A stretch of DNA of 45,801 bases from Acutalibacteraceae bacterium. GTDB lineage: Bacteria > Bacillota > Clostridia > Oscillospirales > Acutalibacteraceae. The notes beneath the pieces are model-generated. The model did no database searches and had not been told where the DNA came from. It worked only from the letters and a program-made list of their open reading frames with translations. Both the position numbers and the translations under genes were made by a program. Shown one piece after another: positions 1 through 9,123 of the stretch. The stretch spans positions 1 through 45,801 of the forward strand of contig JAZRRT010000155.1 in NCBI GenBank assembly GCA_045650985.1. The letters run 5' to 3'. Each line of letters begins with the position of its first letter. Position 1 is the stretch's first letter.

Positions 1-11
1 GGAGTAAACAC

Positions 12-1904
12 ATGAAAAAGAAATCAATATTTATCGTTGCGGCTGCCATAATAGCAGTAACACTGTTATTTGCCGCCTGCAACAAACAGGACGGTCACAC
101 AGGCCTTCACGTCTATGTAACCGACCAAAACGGCAACACCGTGCTTGACGAAAACGGTGAGCCGCTCACAGAAGAATGGATAACCGAAATCGTATACGCA
201 ACAGACGAAAACGGTGAAACCTACACAAACGCAAACGGTGACAAGGTAACGGTCAAGCAGACCCGTCCCGCAATAACACAGATTATCGAAGTAACCGATT
301 TCAGCATCGGCGAAGACGGCAGACCTGCCAAGGATGAGAACGGCAACTACATATACGTTCCGAAAACAACCGTCGTTTACAAAGAGGTTACCGACAAGAA
401 CGGCAACAGAGTCACCCAGATTGTCACAGACAAGAACGGTGAAAGCGTAACCGGCGGAAACGGCAAACCCCAGACAGAAGTTGTAACGGAAAAATACACG
501 GAAAAGGTCACCAACTACATCGAGCTCACGCCCGACGGACAGGTAACCGCATACAACAACGTAATCGCACCCTCAAAGCCGAAAACAACTTCAATCTACG
601 ACAATCCGCTCTACACGGACAAAGAAACCAAAAAGACCACAAAACCGTCATCTTCTTCCGGTAAAGATAAGCACATTGCTTCAAACTCATGGCTCAAAAA
701 TCTTGACGCATCAGATAACGATACGTTCTCCGATGTTGAGGCAATCAACGCCAACTCTTACGTCGTCCTCGGCAACACCGAATCGACCGACGGCGTTTTC
801 GAATCATTCACACAAAAAGGCTATTACTCATTCGTTGCAAAATACAATAAGAGCGGCGAGCGCTCCTGGATTTGCCCCATCGGCTCAAGCGGACACACAA
901 AAATCCACGATATAGCCGTACTTAAAGACGGCAGCATTATCGCCGTCGGCGAATCCAACGCAACAAACCTCGGCTTCACACCCGATGCAAACTTTGAAGC
1001 AATCGTTGCAAAAATATCAGCAGACGGCAAGCTGCTCTGGATTAAAAACTACGGCGGCTCCCAGACAGAGTATTTCAACTGTGTAACCGCAACTCCCGAC
1101 GGCGGTTTTGCGGCAGCAGGCAGATTCCATGCAACAGACGGAACCTTCGCTTCACTCAATCTCACCTCCCTTACGCCTGTTTTTGTAAAATTCGATTCAA
1201 ACGGTACAGTCAAATGGTTTGATTCATTCAAAGGCAGCGGAGCTGATATTGTCAACGCCATTGCTTCAGATACAAGCGGCAACATTTACGGTGCCTGCCA
1301 GGTATTCTCCACCGACCTTGACGGCAAGGGCAACCACGGCAGCGCTGATATAGGTATCATCAAGTTTTCTTCCTCAGGCTCAAAACTCTGGGTAAAAATG
1401 ATAGGCGGCAGCAAGAGTGACATTGTCAACTCAATCTACGCAGGTACGGCAGGTTGCGTTTTCGCAGGCAGCTACACTTCAAACAACGGTGATTTCACGC
1501 TCAACCGCGGCGGCAAGGACGCTTTCATCGCACACTGCGATGCCGACGGCAACCTCAAGTGGGTAAGAACATTCGGCGGTATCGGCAGCGATACGTTCAA
1601 CGAAGTTGTGCCGACAAGCTTCGGCTATGCCTGCACAGGTCTTTCAAATTCAGCTAACCGTGACCTTGCAAGCATCGGAAACCAGGGTGAATATGACGGC
1701 TTCATTATGTCTGTCAATTTCGCCGGCAACCTTGAACACGTGAAATCCTTTGCAGGCTCTGCAAACGACGACGCAAGATCAATTTGCAGACTTGACAGCA
1801 AGACATACATCGCCGTCGGCGAAACTTACTCAAAAGACAAAGATTTCAAAGACTTTGCAACCAAGGGATGCGGAGCTGTCTTTGGTATGTACTACATCTA
1901 TTAA
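12..1904 (+). CDS. Surface lipoprotein with N-terminal D-x-N-G repeat linker and C-terminal SBBP-like beta-propeller repeats
   Basis: ATG at 12 has GGAG 7 nt upstream. The signal peptide ends in a lipobox-like LLFAAC. Residues ~35-170 carry about nine D/N-x-N-G-x-x-V motifs. The C-terminal ~380 aa show about six ~50-aa repeats (W-x3-5-G-G/S-x-x-x-D ... G-x-x-x-x-G), as in SBBP-type propeller blades. The family was recalled from memory, not searched. Confidence 0.7.
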   Translation: MKKKSIFIVAAAIIAVTLLFAACNKQDGHTGLHVYVTDQNGNTVLDENGEPLTEEWITEIVYATDENGETYTNANGDKVTVKQTRPAITQIIEVTDFSIGEDGRPAKDENGNYIYVPKTTVVYKEVTDKNGNRVTQIVTDKNGESVTGGNGKPQTEVVTEKYTEKVTNYIELTPDGQVTAYNNVIAPSKPKTTSIYDNPLYTDKETKKTTKPSSSSGKDKHIASNSWLKNLDASDNDTFSDVEAINANSYVVLGNTESTDGVFESFTQKGYYSFVAKYNKSGERSWICPIGSSGHTKIHDIAVLKDGSIIAVGESNATNLGFTPDANFEAIVAKISADGKLLWIKNYGGSQTEYFNCVTATPDGGFAAAGRFHATDGTFASLNLTSLTPVFVKFDSNGTVKWFDSFKGSGADIVNAIASDTSGNIYGACQVFSTDLDGKGNHGSADIGIIKFSSSGSKLWVKMIGGSKSDIVNSIYAGTAGCVFAGSYTSNNGDFTLNRGGKDAFIAHCDADGNLKWVRTFGGIGSDTFNEVVPTSFGYACTGLSNSANRDLASIGNQGEYDGFIMSVNFAGNLEHVKSFAGSANDDARSICRLDSKTYIAVGETYSKDKDFKDFATKGCGAVFGMYYIY

Positions 1905-1936
1905 TTGACTGAACCTGATCGGAGTTGAGGGGTATA

Positions 1937-2725
1937 ATGAAACAAAACGCGAATAGAATTATAAAAGCGGTTGCGCTGGCAACAGCGGTGTGCGCAGTGC
2001 TTTGCGCCTGCGACAGAACAAAGCCGAACAACGACCCGACGGAAACCGAACCGACCGTTTCACAAACCGCTCAATCCGCAACTCAGGAACCGACAGCTGA
2101 CGAACCTGTCACTCAGCCCTCCGTAACGGAGCCTGTGACAGAACCGACAACTGAAAGCACAACGGCGCAAAAGCCTTCAACTTCTTCTCCAAAACCGACT
2201 CAGCCGACGGAAGAAGAAACGGAATCAACCGTAATTTCACCCGAAACAACTACGCGCCACGAAAATCCGGTTATAAACACTTTCATCAATGCCGGTGAAA
2301 TCGCAGGATACAGCCTTATCTCGAAAGACGAAATCGAATCGATTGCCGAAGAAATGGCTGACGACAGCAAAATATATTTCGTACGTCTTGAAGACGGAAC
2401 AAAAACCTACTATATGGCGGTTAACCTTCAGACCGCAAAGGCTATGGCGCTGAGCAACCCTCAGGTATTGCGCGAACTGTGCCGTCTCCTTGACAGCAAA
2501 CAGCAGCTTATGGCGGGCGAAGATGAAGACTTCGTTCTTATGGACTACACTCACCTTGTAGGCGAGCTTGAGGTTCATTATGTCGGCTACCTGCTCACAG
2601 GTGCACTCGGCGCAGAAAACGGTCCGCTTGCATCCTTCTACAATTCCTGCAAAGTTGCCGACCTCAATATAGACGAAGACCGTTTCGGTCCCGTTATTGA
2701 CGTTATCGGCACAATCTACGGCTGA
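1937..2725 (+). CDS. Putative lipoprotein with Pro/Thr/Glu-rich linker, unknown function
   Basis: The track ORF begins at TTG 1925. I prefer ATG 1937 (MKQNANRII...), which has GAGGGG just upstream. The signal peptide has Cys (AVLCAC). A ~90-aa P/T/E-rich linker is followed by a globular domain with no motif I recognise. Confidence 0.65.
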   Translation: MKQNANRIIKAVALATAVCAVLCACDRTKPNNDPTETEPTVSQTAQSATQEPTADEPVTQPSVTEPVTEPTTESTTAQKPSTSSPKPTQPTEEETESTVISPETTTRHENPVINTFINAGEIAGYSLISKDEIESIAEEMADDSKIYFVRLEDGTKTYYMAVNLQTAKAMALSNPQVLRELCRLLDSKQQLMAGEDEDFVLMDYTHLVGELEVHYVGYLLTGALGAENGPLASFYNSCKVADLNIDEDRFGPVIDVIGTIYG

Positions 2726-2775
2726 TTAAATTATTCAGATAATTTTACAAATACAATTGCGGAGGTCATACTAAA

Positions 2776-4494
2776 ATGAACAACATCCACCAGCTTTACG
2801 AACTCTGGCAGAAGAATGCCGTTCTCGACAGCGACCTTACCGATGAGCTCAATGCCATCGCAGGAAATGAAGAGGAAATACTCGACAGATTTTACAAAAC
2901 ACTTGAATTCGGCACAGGCGGTCTGCGCGGCGTTATCGGCGCAGGTACAAACAGAATGAACGTATACACAGTTGCTCAGGCAACTCAGGGTCTTGCAAAC
3001 TATCTCAACGAAGCTTTTGATGAGCCCAGTGTTGCCATCGGCTATGATTCCCGTATCAAATCAGACGTATTTGCACGTGAGGCAGCAGGGGTTCTTGCCG
3101 CCAACGGCATCAAAGTATATTTCTTCCCCCACCTCGTTCCGACTCCCATGCTCTCTTTTGCAGTACGCAGACTCGGCTGCAGCTCGGGCATTGTAATCAC
3201 GGCAAGCCACAACCCCTCAAAGTACAACGGCTACAAGTGCTACGCACCCGACGGTTATCAGATGACCGATGAGGCTGCTGCAAGAACACTTGAATATATC
3301 AACAACATCGACATTTTCAACGACGTGAAGCGTATGGACTTTGAGGATGCTCTTGCTGAAGATATGGTTGACTATATCGAAGGCTGGCTTCTCAATGAAT
3401 TTTACGATCACTGCGATGCCCAGCGTCTTGACAAGGATATATGCAAGAAAAGCGGACTCAAGGTTATCTACACTCCCCTCAACGGCACAGGCAACCGTCC
3501 CGTACGCACAATGCTCGGCAGACTCGGTCTTGACGAAGTAAGAATCGTACCCGAGCAGGAAAACCCCGACGGTAAATTCCCGACCTGTCCTTTCCCGAAC
3601 CCCGAAATCGATCAGGTTTTTGAACTTGCCATCGATATGACAAAGGAATTCCCCGCAGATCTCCTTCTTGCAACAGACCCCGACTGTGACCGCGTAGGTA
3701 TCGCAGTCAGACACAACGGCGAATACAAGCTTATGACCGGCAACGAGGTCGGTGTAATGCTTTGCGAATACGTCCTCTCAAGAAGAAAGGCTATGGGCAC
3801 ACTCCCCGAGAATCCCATTGTCATCAAGTCTTTTGTTACAACAGACCTTGCTCAGGCAGTTGCCGATAAATACGGTGCTGAGGTACGCAACACACTCACA
3901 GGCTTCAAGTACATCGGCGAAATCATCAGCCAGCTTGATGAAGCGGGCGAAGAAGACCGCTACATCCTCGGTATGGAGGAAAGCTACGGCTACCTCTTCG
4001 GCTCACACGCAAGAGATAAAGATGCCGTCGTTTCTTCTACAATGATTGTTGAAATGGCTGCCTACTATAAATCCCTCGGCAAAGACCTTGTTGAGGTTAT
4101 GGAGGATATATACGCAGAGCACGGAATGTATATCAACACCCTTTCCAACTTCTCCTTCGAAGGCGCAAGCGGTATGGAAAAGATGAAGAATATGATGGAC
4201 GGTATGCGCACCAATCCTCCCAAAGCATTTGCAGGTCTTGAGGTTATCGGCGTATCCGATTACCTGACAAGCATTGCGCTCAACACGGTTACGGGCGAAG
4301 AAAGCACAATCGACCTGCCGAAATCCAACGTACTTCAGTACAAGCTTCCCAACAACAGCTGTGCAATTGTACGTCCCTCAGGCACAGAACCCAAAATCAA
4401 GGTTTATATCACAGCCTGCGCACCCGACCGCGCTCAGGCAACCAGACTTGCAGATGAAATTATCGCAGATATGAAGAAATTCCTCAACGTTTAA
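2776..4494 (+). CDS. pgcA: Alpha-phosphoglucomutase / phosphomannomutase (alpha-D-phosphohexomutase superfamily)
   Basis: All four family motifs are present: TASHNPSKYNGYK (phosphoserine loop), DPDCDR (Mg site), GMEESYG (sugar loop) and RPSGTEPKIKVY (phosphate loop). At 572 aa it is in the PgcA size class. Confidence 0.9.
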   Translation: MNNIHQLYELWQKNAVLDSDLTDELNAIAGNEEEILDRFYKTLEFGTGGLRGVIGAGTNRMNVYTVAQATQGLANYLNEAFDEPSVAIGYDSRIKSDVFAREAAGVLAANGIKVYFFPHLVPTPMLSFAVRRLGCSSGIVITASHNPSKYNGYKCYAPDGYQMTDEAAARTLEYINNIDIFNDVKRMDFEDALAEDMVDYIEGWLLNEFYDHCDAQRLDKDICKKSGLKVIYTPLNGTGNRPVRTMLGRLGLDEVRIVPEQENPDGKFPTCPFPNPEIDQVFELAIDMTKEFPADLLLATDPDCDRVGIAVRHNGEYKLMTGNEVGVMLCEYVLSRRKAMGTLPENPIVIKSFVTTDLAQAVADKYGAEVRNTLTGFKYIGEIISQLDEAGEEDRYILGMEESYGYLFGSHARDKDAVVSSTMIVEMAAYYKSLGKDLVEVMEDIYAEHGMYINTLSNFSFEGASGMEKMKNMMDGMRTNPPKAFAGLEVIGVSDYLTSIALNTVTGEESTIDLPKSNVLQYKLPNNSCAIVRPSGTEPKIKVYITACAPDRAQATRLADEIIADMKKFLNV

Positions 4495-4501
4495 CCAATT
4501 A

Positions 4502-4535
4502 ACGGCAGAGCTGTCGGCAACGGCGGCTCTGCCGT
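4502..4535 (+). other. GC-rich stem-loop after pgcA (no U tract)
   Basis: Perfect 10-bp inverted repeat acggcagagc / gctctgccgt with a 14-nt loop, starting 8 nt after the pgcA stop. It is followed by aacaaacgc rather than a T run, so it is not a canonical intrinsic terminator. Confidence 0.45.
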
Positions 4536-4566
4536 AACAAACGCATAAAAGAAAAGGAAGATTAAA

Positions 4567-4662
4567 ATGAACCAAAAAGTAATACGCGTAATTGCGTTGG
4601 TGCTTGCAATACTCCTCGCAGGCAGTGTGCTTGCCGCCGCTATCACAAGCATAGCTTATTGA
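4567..4662 (+). CDS. Small hydrophobic peptide (31 aa, single TM helix)
   Basis: Too short for the ORF track. It translates as ATG 4567 ... TGA 4660-4662, giving MNQKVIRVIALVLAILLAGSVLAAAITSIAY. AAGGAAG lies ~8 nt upstream. It fills the gap between pgcA and the LCP gene. Confidence 0.45.
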   Translation: MNQKVIRVIALVLAILLAGSVLAAAITSIAY

Positions 4663-4699
4663 TACCTGTCACAAAACAAAAACACAAGGGGAAATCAAA

Positions 4700-5548
4700 T
4701 TGAAAATTCGCAAAAAATCCAAACTTCGATTTGATACAGAGAAAAACGTACGCACACTTCGCTTCAAGCGTTTTGCAGCGGCGTTTTCCTGTTTTTTTAT
4801 ATTGGTAGCAGGAGTTTCGTTCCTGTTTATGTTAAACCACTATGATTTCAACCTTTCCGCCGTCTTCACACCCGCCGATACGCAGGAAACCGAACCTGAA
4901 ACCTCAACACAACCGGCTCCTGCAGTCGAAGGCGTTCGCAACTACCTCCTTGTTTGCACGGCTGACAACAGCAACGCTGTGCGTTTTGCAAGCATCGTAA
5001 CGGCTGATATGAACAAAAAAACAGTTTGCATAAAGGGTCTTGATACCTCTGCAAACGTCACGGTGGCAGGCTGTACGGGCAACTTTGAAAAGCAGCTCGA
5101 TTACGGCGGAATCGCACAGCTTGAGCTTGCTGTTGAAACAATGAGCGGTTTGACAATCGACAAATATATAACCAGCACAGACAGTAAATTCCGCTCCGTA
5201 ACAGATTACGTTGGCGAATTTGATATTGACGTTGAAAACTCCGTTAACATCCGCACAGACAGTCTCACCGCAGTAATAGGTGCAGGCAGACAGACTATGA
5301 ACGGCGATACAATGCTCAAGTATATCCGCAGTTTTGAAGGCAACCCCCAAAAACAGGCTGAACTTATTGCAGAAATACTCGAACAGAGCATAACACCGTC
5401 AAACCTGCAGAAAGCCGACCGACTCTATGAAAGAATCATAAACAAAACCGAAAGCAATATATCCGTTCTTGATTTTTCTTCAATAAAAGTCAGCTTTGAA
5501 GCCCTTCTTTATGACAACGGCAGCGTTTCCGTAACTGTCAGCAAATAA
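4700..5548 (+). CDS. LytR-CpsA-Psr (LCP) family-like cell-envelope protein
   Basis: TTG start, basic N-terminus and one TM helix. The extracytoplasmic domain has an LCP-like layout (NYLLVCTAD...VRFASIV...KK...LD...DYGG...ELAVETMSGLTIDKYI...F..V.DYVG...G.Q.MNGDTMLKYIRS). Several canonical LCP residues are diverged. Confidence 0.6.
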   Translation: MKIRKKSKLRFDTEKNVRTLRFKRFAAAFSCFFILVAGVSFLFMLNHYDFNLSAVFTPADTQETEPETSTQPAPAVEGVRNYLLVCTADNSNAVRFASIVTADMNKKTVCIKGLDTSANVTVAGCTGNFEKQLDYGGIAQLELAVETMSGLTIDKYITSTDSKFRSVTDYVGEFDIDVENSVNIRTDSLTAVIGAGRQTMNGDTMLKYIRSFEGNPQKQAELIAEILEQSITPSNLQKADRLYERIINKTESNISVLDFSSIKVSFEALLYDNGSVSVTVSK

Positions 5549-5568
5549 CATTACGGGAGCATAAGCTT

Positions 5569-6708
5569 ATGAAAAAAATGCTTCGTGCCGTTATTCCGAC
5601 GGTTGTGCTTTTTATTGTCGCCATCGCAGCTTTGCCGCACATCACCGACAGACTTTTGCAATCAGACGGCGGCAAAGAATTTGAGCTCGGAAATTACAGT
5701 GATTACTATTATCTGACACTTGATGATTCAGAGAAAAAGGCATATACGGCAGACAGAGAAGAAATTTACTCTTTCCCCGAAAAAATTGTTACGCCTTCGC
5801 TGACACAAACACAGCTTGAAAACGTGCTGAACGCATTGGTTTGTGATGACCCGATGATGTTTATGTTTCACACCTGCACCTTGAATAACGCAGGCACAAC
5901 CGCATCGCTTGAGCCTGAATATGATATGAGCAGTGACGAATACACACAGTACGCTCAAAAGATAAACGACGTTATATGCAAAATCCGAGAGAACCTGCCC
6001 GATAACGATTATGAAAAAGAGCTGTTTTGCCACGACTATATCACCGACAACTGCACGTACAGCGACACCGACGCAACTCAGGAAGCAACAGCCGTCGGCG
6101 CACTTATAAACGGTAAAGCAAAATGCTCGGGTTACGCAAAAGCATTCAAGCTTCTGCTTGATAAAGCAGGAATCGAAAGCGTTCTTGTTTCGGGCACGGC
6201 AACAGACTATTCTTCGGATACTCAAGACCATATATGGAATGCCGTCAGGATAAACGGCAGCTGGTGCTACACCGACACAACCTGGGATGACCCCATAACA
6301 GAAAATGACGAGCAGATAAGCCAACACATTTTCTTCAATATGACAGAGGAAATGCTGAGCCGCACACACTCGGATTTTGATTTCAGGTTTGAGTGTAACG
6401 ACTCCTCTTTATATTATTACATTAGATATAATGCGTATTTCACATCATGCACAAGTGAATCTCACCCTGCAATAGCTTCGCTTATAGCAGATGCAGCAAA
6501 CAACCAAAAAACTTCAGCCGAGCTGATGTTTGCAGACAAGAAGGCAACCGAAAAAGCATTGACCTGCCTTTTTGAAAAGGAGAGCATATACCGCATACTT
6601 GAAACGGCAAACCTCTCCGCCGACTCCGCTTTGATTACAAACAGAGTGAAATATACCGTAAACCCAAACGAAAACCTTATCACTGTTTACTTTATCGTAA
6701 AGGAATGA
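5569..6708 (+). CDS. Transglutaminase-like cysteine-protease-fold protein, membrane-anchored/secreted
   Basis: N-terminal hydrophobic anchor. The core motif is [28 protein letters not shown] ... [21 protein letters not shown], a Cys-His-Asp arrangement typical of the transglutaminase-like superfamily. Confidence 0.75.
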   Translation: MKKMLRAVIPTVVLFIVAIAALPHITDRLLQSDGGKEFELGNYSDYYYLTLDDSEKKAYTADREEIYSFPEKIVTPSLTQTQLENVLNALVCDDPMMFMFHTCTLNNAGTTASLEPEYDMSSDEYTQYAQKINDVICKIRENLPDNDYEKELFCHDYITDNCTYSDTDATQEATAVGALINGKAKCSGYAKAFKLLLDKAGIESVLVSGTATDYSSDTQDHIWNAVRINGSWCYTDTTWDDPITENDEQISQHIFFNMTEEMLSRTHSDFDFRFECNDSSLYYYIRYNAYFTSCTSESHPAIASLIADAANNQKTSAELMFADKKATEKALTCLFEKESIYRILETANLSADSALITNRVKYTVNPNENLITVYFIVKE

Positions 6709-6712
6709 TTTT

Positions 6713-7276
6713 ATGGACAAGCCGCGTATTGAAGCAGCCGTAAGAGAGCTTCTCTATGCCATAGGCGAAGACCCCGACAGAGAGGGACTTATCGAAACAC
6801 CTAACCGTGTTGCCAGAATGTATGAGGAGATTTACGCAGGGCTTGAAGAAGACCCCAGAAAGCATCTCAAAATATTCAACGAAGACAACAACGATGAAAT
6901 GGTAATAGTGCGCGATATACCGCTCTATTCAATATGTGAGCATCACCTTATCCCCTTTATCGGCAAGGCGCATATTGCCTACATACCCGGCAACGGCAAG
7001 GTTATCGGTCTGTCAAAACTTGCACGAATCGTAAACTGCTTTGCAAAACGCCCTCAGCTTCAGGAAAGGCTCACCGCTCAGGTTGCAGATTTCCTCTATG
7101 AAAATCTTGAGCCTCAGGGTGTTGCGGTTGTTGTTGAAGCAGAGCACCTTTGTATGACAATGCGCGGTGCAAGAGCATCGGGAAGCCAGACAAGAACATC
7201 CGCCATGCGCGGCATTATGAGAAGCGACGCCAGAACAAGAGCAGAAGCACTTTCGCTCCTTTCAGGCTCACGCTGA
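6713..7276 (+). CDS. folE: GTP cyclohydrolase I
   Basis: 187 aa with [10 protein letters not shown], the ICEHHLIPF zinc motif and QLQERLT, all diagnostic of FolE type I. Confidence 0.95.
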   Translation: MDKPRIEAAVRELLYAIGEDPDREGLIETPNRVARMYEEIYAGLEEDPRKHLKIFNEDNNDEMVIVRDIPLYSICEHHLIPFIGKAHIAYIPGNGKVIGLSKLARIVNCFAKRPQLQERLTAQVADFLYENLEPQGVAVVVEAEHLCMTMRGARASGSQTRTSAMRGIMRSDARTRAEALSLLSGSR

Positions 7277-7286
7277 GGATAAACCG

Positions 7287-8105
7287 ATGATTTTCAGAAC
7301 AAGGCGAAGTACCCTTGACCTCACAGACCGAACGGCGATAATGGCGGTAATAAATCTCACACCTGATTCGTTTCATGCCGACAGCAGGTTTACGACTGAT
7401 GGAGCCGTAAAATATGCCGTTGATGCAGAAAAATCAGGTGCGGACATAATTGACATCGGCGCACAGTCAACTGCACCGAACAGCAACCCCATCACTGCAG
7501 AGGAAGAAACTGAAAGGTTGTTAAAACCGTTGCGAGCAATACGGAATGCGGTCAGCATACCGATAAGCGTTGACACGTATTTCCCCGAGGTTGCACGTGC
7601 CGCGCTTGAAAACGGAGCAGACGTCATAAACGACGTAAGCGGCACCGCATCTGCCGACATGGCATCAATTGCCGCAGAATACGGCGCAGGTTGGATTGTT
7701 ATGCACACGGGCGGTCTGACCAGCAATCAGACACGCGAAAGCGATGCCGACATAATCGATGAAATCAACGCTTTTTTTGCCGCATCACTCAAAACGGCAC
7801 ACAACTGCTCACTACCTTTCGAAAACGTATGTTTAGACCCCGGAATCGGCTTTGGCAAATCCCGCGATGACGATTTGAGAATAATAACCGCCTTCAAACA
7901 GATAAAATCCGCCGATTGTGCAACACTTGCCGCACTTTCACGCAAACGCGTAACACGGCTCTGCGGTGATGCACTTACAGGCACGGTTATTGCAAACGCG
8001 ATGTGCATTGCAGGCGGCGCAAACATAATTCGCGTTCACGATATTGAGCAGGCTCTTGCAACTGCGCAGATGGCAAAGATTCTTACGGAGGCAAAAAATG
8101 GATAA
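7287..8105 (+). CDS. folP: Dihydropteroate synthase
   Basis: Pterin-binding domain layout: IMAVINLTPDSF, DIIDIGAQST, ISVDTY, INDVSG, LDPGIGFGK, RVHD. It sits between folE and folB. Confidence 0.9.
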   Translation: MIFRTRRSTLDLTDRTAIMAVINLTPDSFHADSRFTTDGAVKYAVDAEKSGADIIDIGAQSTAPNSNPITAEEETERLLKPLRAIRNAVSIPISVDTYFPEVARAALENGADVINDVSGTASADMASIAAEYGAGWIVMHTGGLTSNQTRESDADIIDEINAFFAASLKTAHNCSLPFENVCLDPGIGFGKSRDDDLRIITAFKQIKSADCATLAALSRKRVTRLCGDALTGTVIANAMCIAGGANIIRVHDIEQALATAQMAKILTEAKNG

Positions 8106-8460
8106 AATAATTATCGATTCACTTAAAATTTTTGCTTATCACGGTGTAAACCCCGAAGAAACGGCAATGGGACAGTGGTTTGTGCTGGATATTGAAGCCT
8201 GGGCAGACCTTACAAACGCCTGTTGCACGGACGAGCTTTACGACACCGTCAGCTATGCCGATATAATCAAAACAGTGCGCACGGCAATGACCGAAAAAAA
8301 CTGCAAACTGCTTGAACACGCAGCGCAGAGAACGGCAGACGCAATATTTGCAAAGCACGAGAAAATACAAAGAATAAGATTAAGACTCAGAAAACCCGAC
8401 GCCCCGATTAAAGCTGACTTCAGCTTCGTGGCAGTAGAAATTGAGAGGTACAGAAATTGA
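8098..8460 (+). CDS. folB: Dihydroneopterin aldolase
   Basis: The track ORF starts at 8044 inside folP. I prefer ATG 8098 (MDKIIIDSLKIFAYHGVNPEE...), which gives the typical ~120-aa FolB with an 8-nt overlap with folP. Confidence 0.85.
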   Translation: MDKIIIDSLKIFAYHGVNPEETAMGQWFVLDIEAWADLTNACCTDELYDTVSYADIIKTVRTAMTEKNCKLLEHAAQRTADAIFAKHEKIQRIRLRLRKPDAPIKADFSFVAVEIERYRN

Positions 8461-8951
8461 ACACGGTAGTATTGGGATTGGGAAGCAACATCGGCGATAA
8501 GCGCAAAAACCTCAACACCGCGGTACACGCAATCTCGCTTCTTCCTGACACCAGAGTAAAAAAAGTTTCAGGCATTTACCAAACAAAACCCGTAGGGTTT
8601 GACGACCAGGACGATTTTTTCAACGCAGTAATTATAATCGAAACAGAGCTTTCACCGCACGCTGTACTCGGCGCTTGTCTCGGTATCGAGGCATCTATGG
8701 GCAGAGTAAGGCTGCGCAAAAACGGACCGAGAATTATAGACATTGACGTACTGATATACGAAAGCTACTTCTCCGACAGTTTTGAGTTGACTCTCCCCCA
8801 CCCCCGAATCAAAGAAAGAGCTTTTGTTATGGTGCCCCTGCTTGAGCTTTATCCGACAGGCAGAGCACCCGGACTTTTATTCCTCCCGAATCTGCGCGAA
8901 ATCGGAACAGAAGGAGTAGAAAAAACAGATTACGAGCTTTTTTCTCCGTAA
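8457..8951 (+). CDS. folK: 2-amino-4-hydroxy-6-hydroxymethyldihydropteridine diphosphokinase (HPPK)
   Basis: TTG start overlapping the folB stop (aTTGA). Motifs LGLGSNIGD, PRIIDIDVL, LPHPR and ERAFVMVPL are typical of HPPK. Confidence 0.85.
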   Translation: MNTVVLGLGSNIGDKRKNLNTAVHAISLLPDTRVKKVSGIYQTKPVGFDDQDDFFNAVIIIETELSPHAVLGACLGIEASMGRVRLRKNGPRIIDIDVLIYESYFSDSFELTLPHPRIKERAFVMVPLLELYPTGRAPGLLFLPNLREIGTEGVEKTDYELFSP

Positions 8952-9047
8952 TTGCCATTTATTTCTTTTTTGTTTGTGCAACTCACACAACAAAGCAGTC
9001 AGATTTTGCACAAATAATAAAGAAATTTAAGAATTATAAAAAAATAT

Positions 9048-9076
9048 TTGACTAAATTATGAACGTTTGATATACT
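9048..9076 (+). promoter_or_regulatory. Sigma-A-type promoter for 9124 gene
   Basis: TTGACT (9048-9053), 17-nt spacer, TATACT (9071-9076), ~45 nt upstream of the AAAGGAG SD. Confidence 0.5.
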
Positions 9077-9123
9077 GTATACGATAATTGCTTTCATAAT
9101 AAAAAATTGAAAGGAGACCCATA

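Noticed and set aside
60-600. Periodic aacggc/aacggt (N-G codon) recurrences that at first looked like a DNA repeat array or CRISPR-like spacing.
   Set aside because: The spacing is irregular and the units are not identical. The recurrences sit in frame inside a well-supported CDS, so they reflect a protein-level D-x-N-G repeat, not a DNA repeat array.
8044-8105. Apparent 62-nt overlap of folB with folP suggested by the track start at 8044.
   Set aside because: The internal ATG at 8098 gives the canonical FolB N-terminus (MDKIIIDSLKIFAYHG) and a typical 8-nt overlap. The longer form adds an Arg-rich peptide read from the folP frame-shifted sequence.
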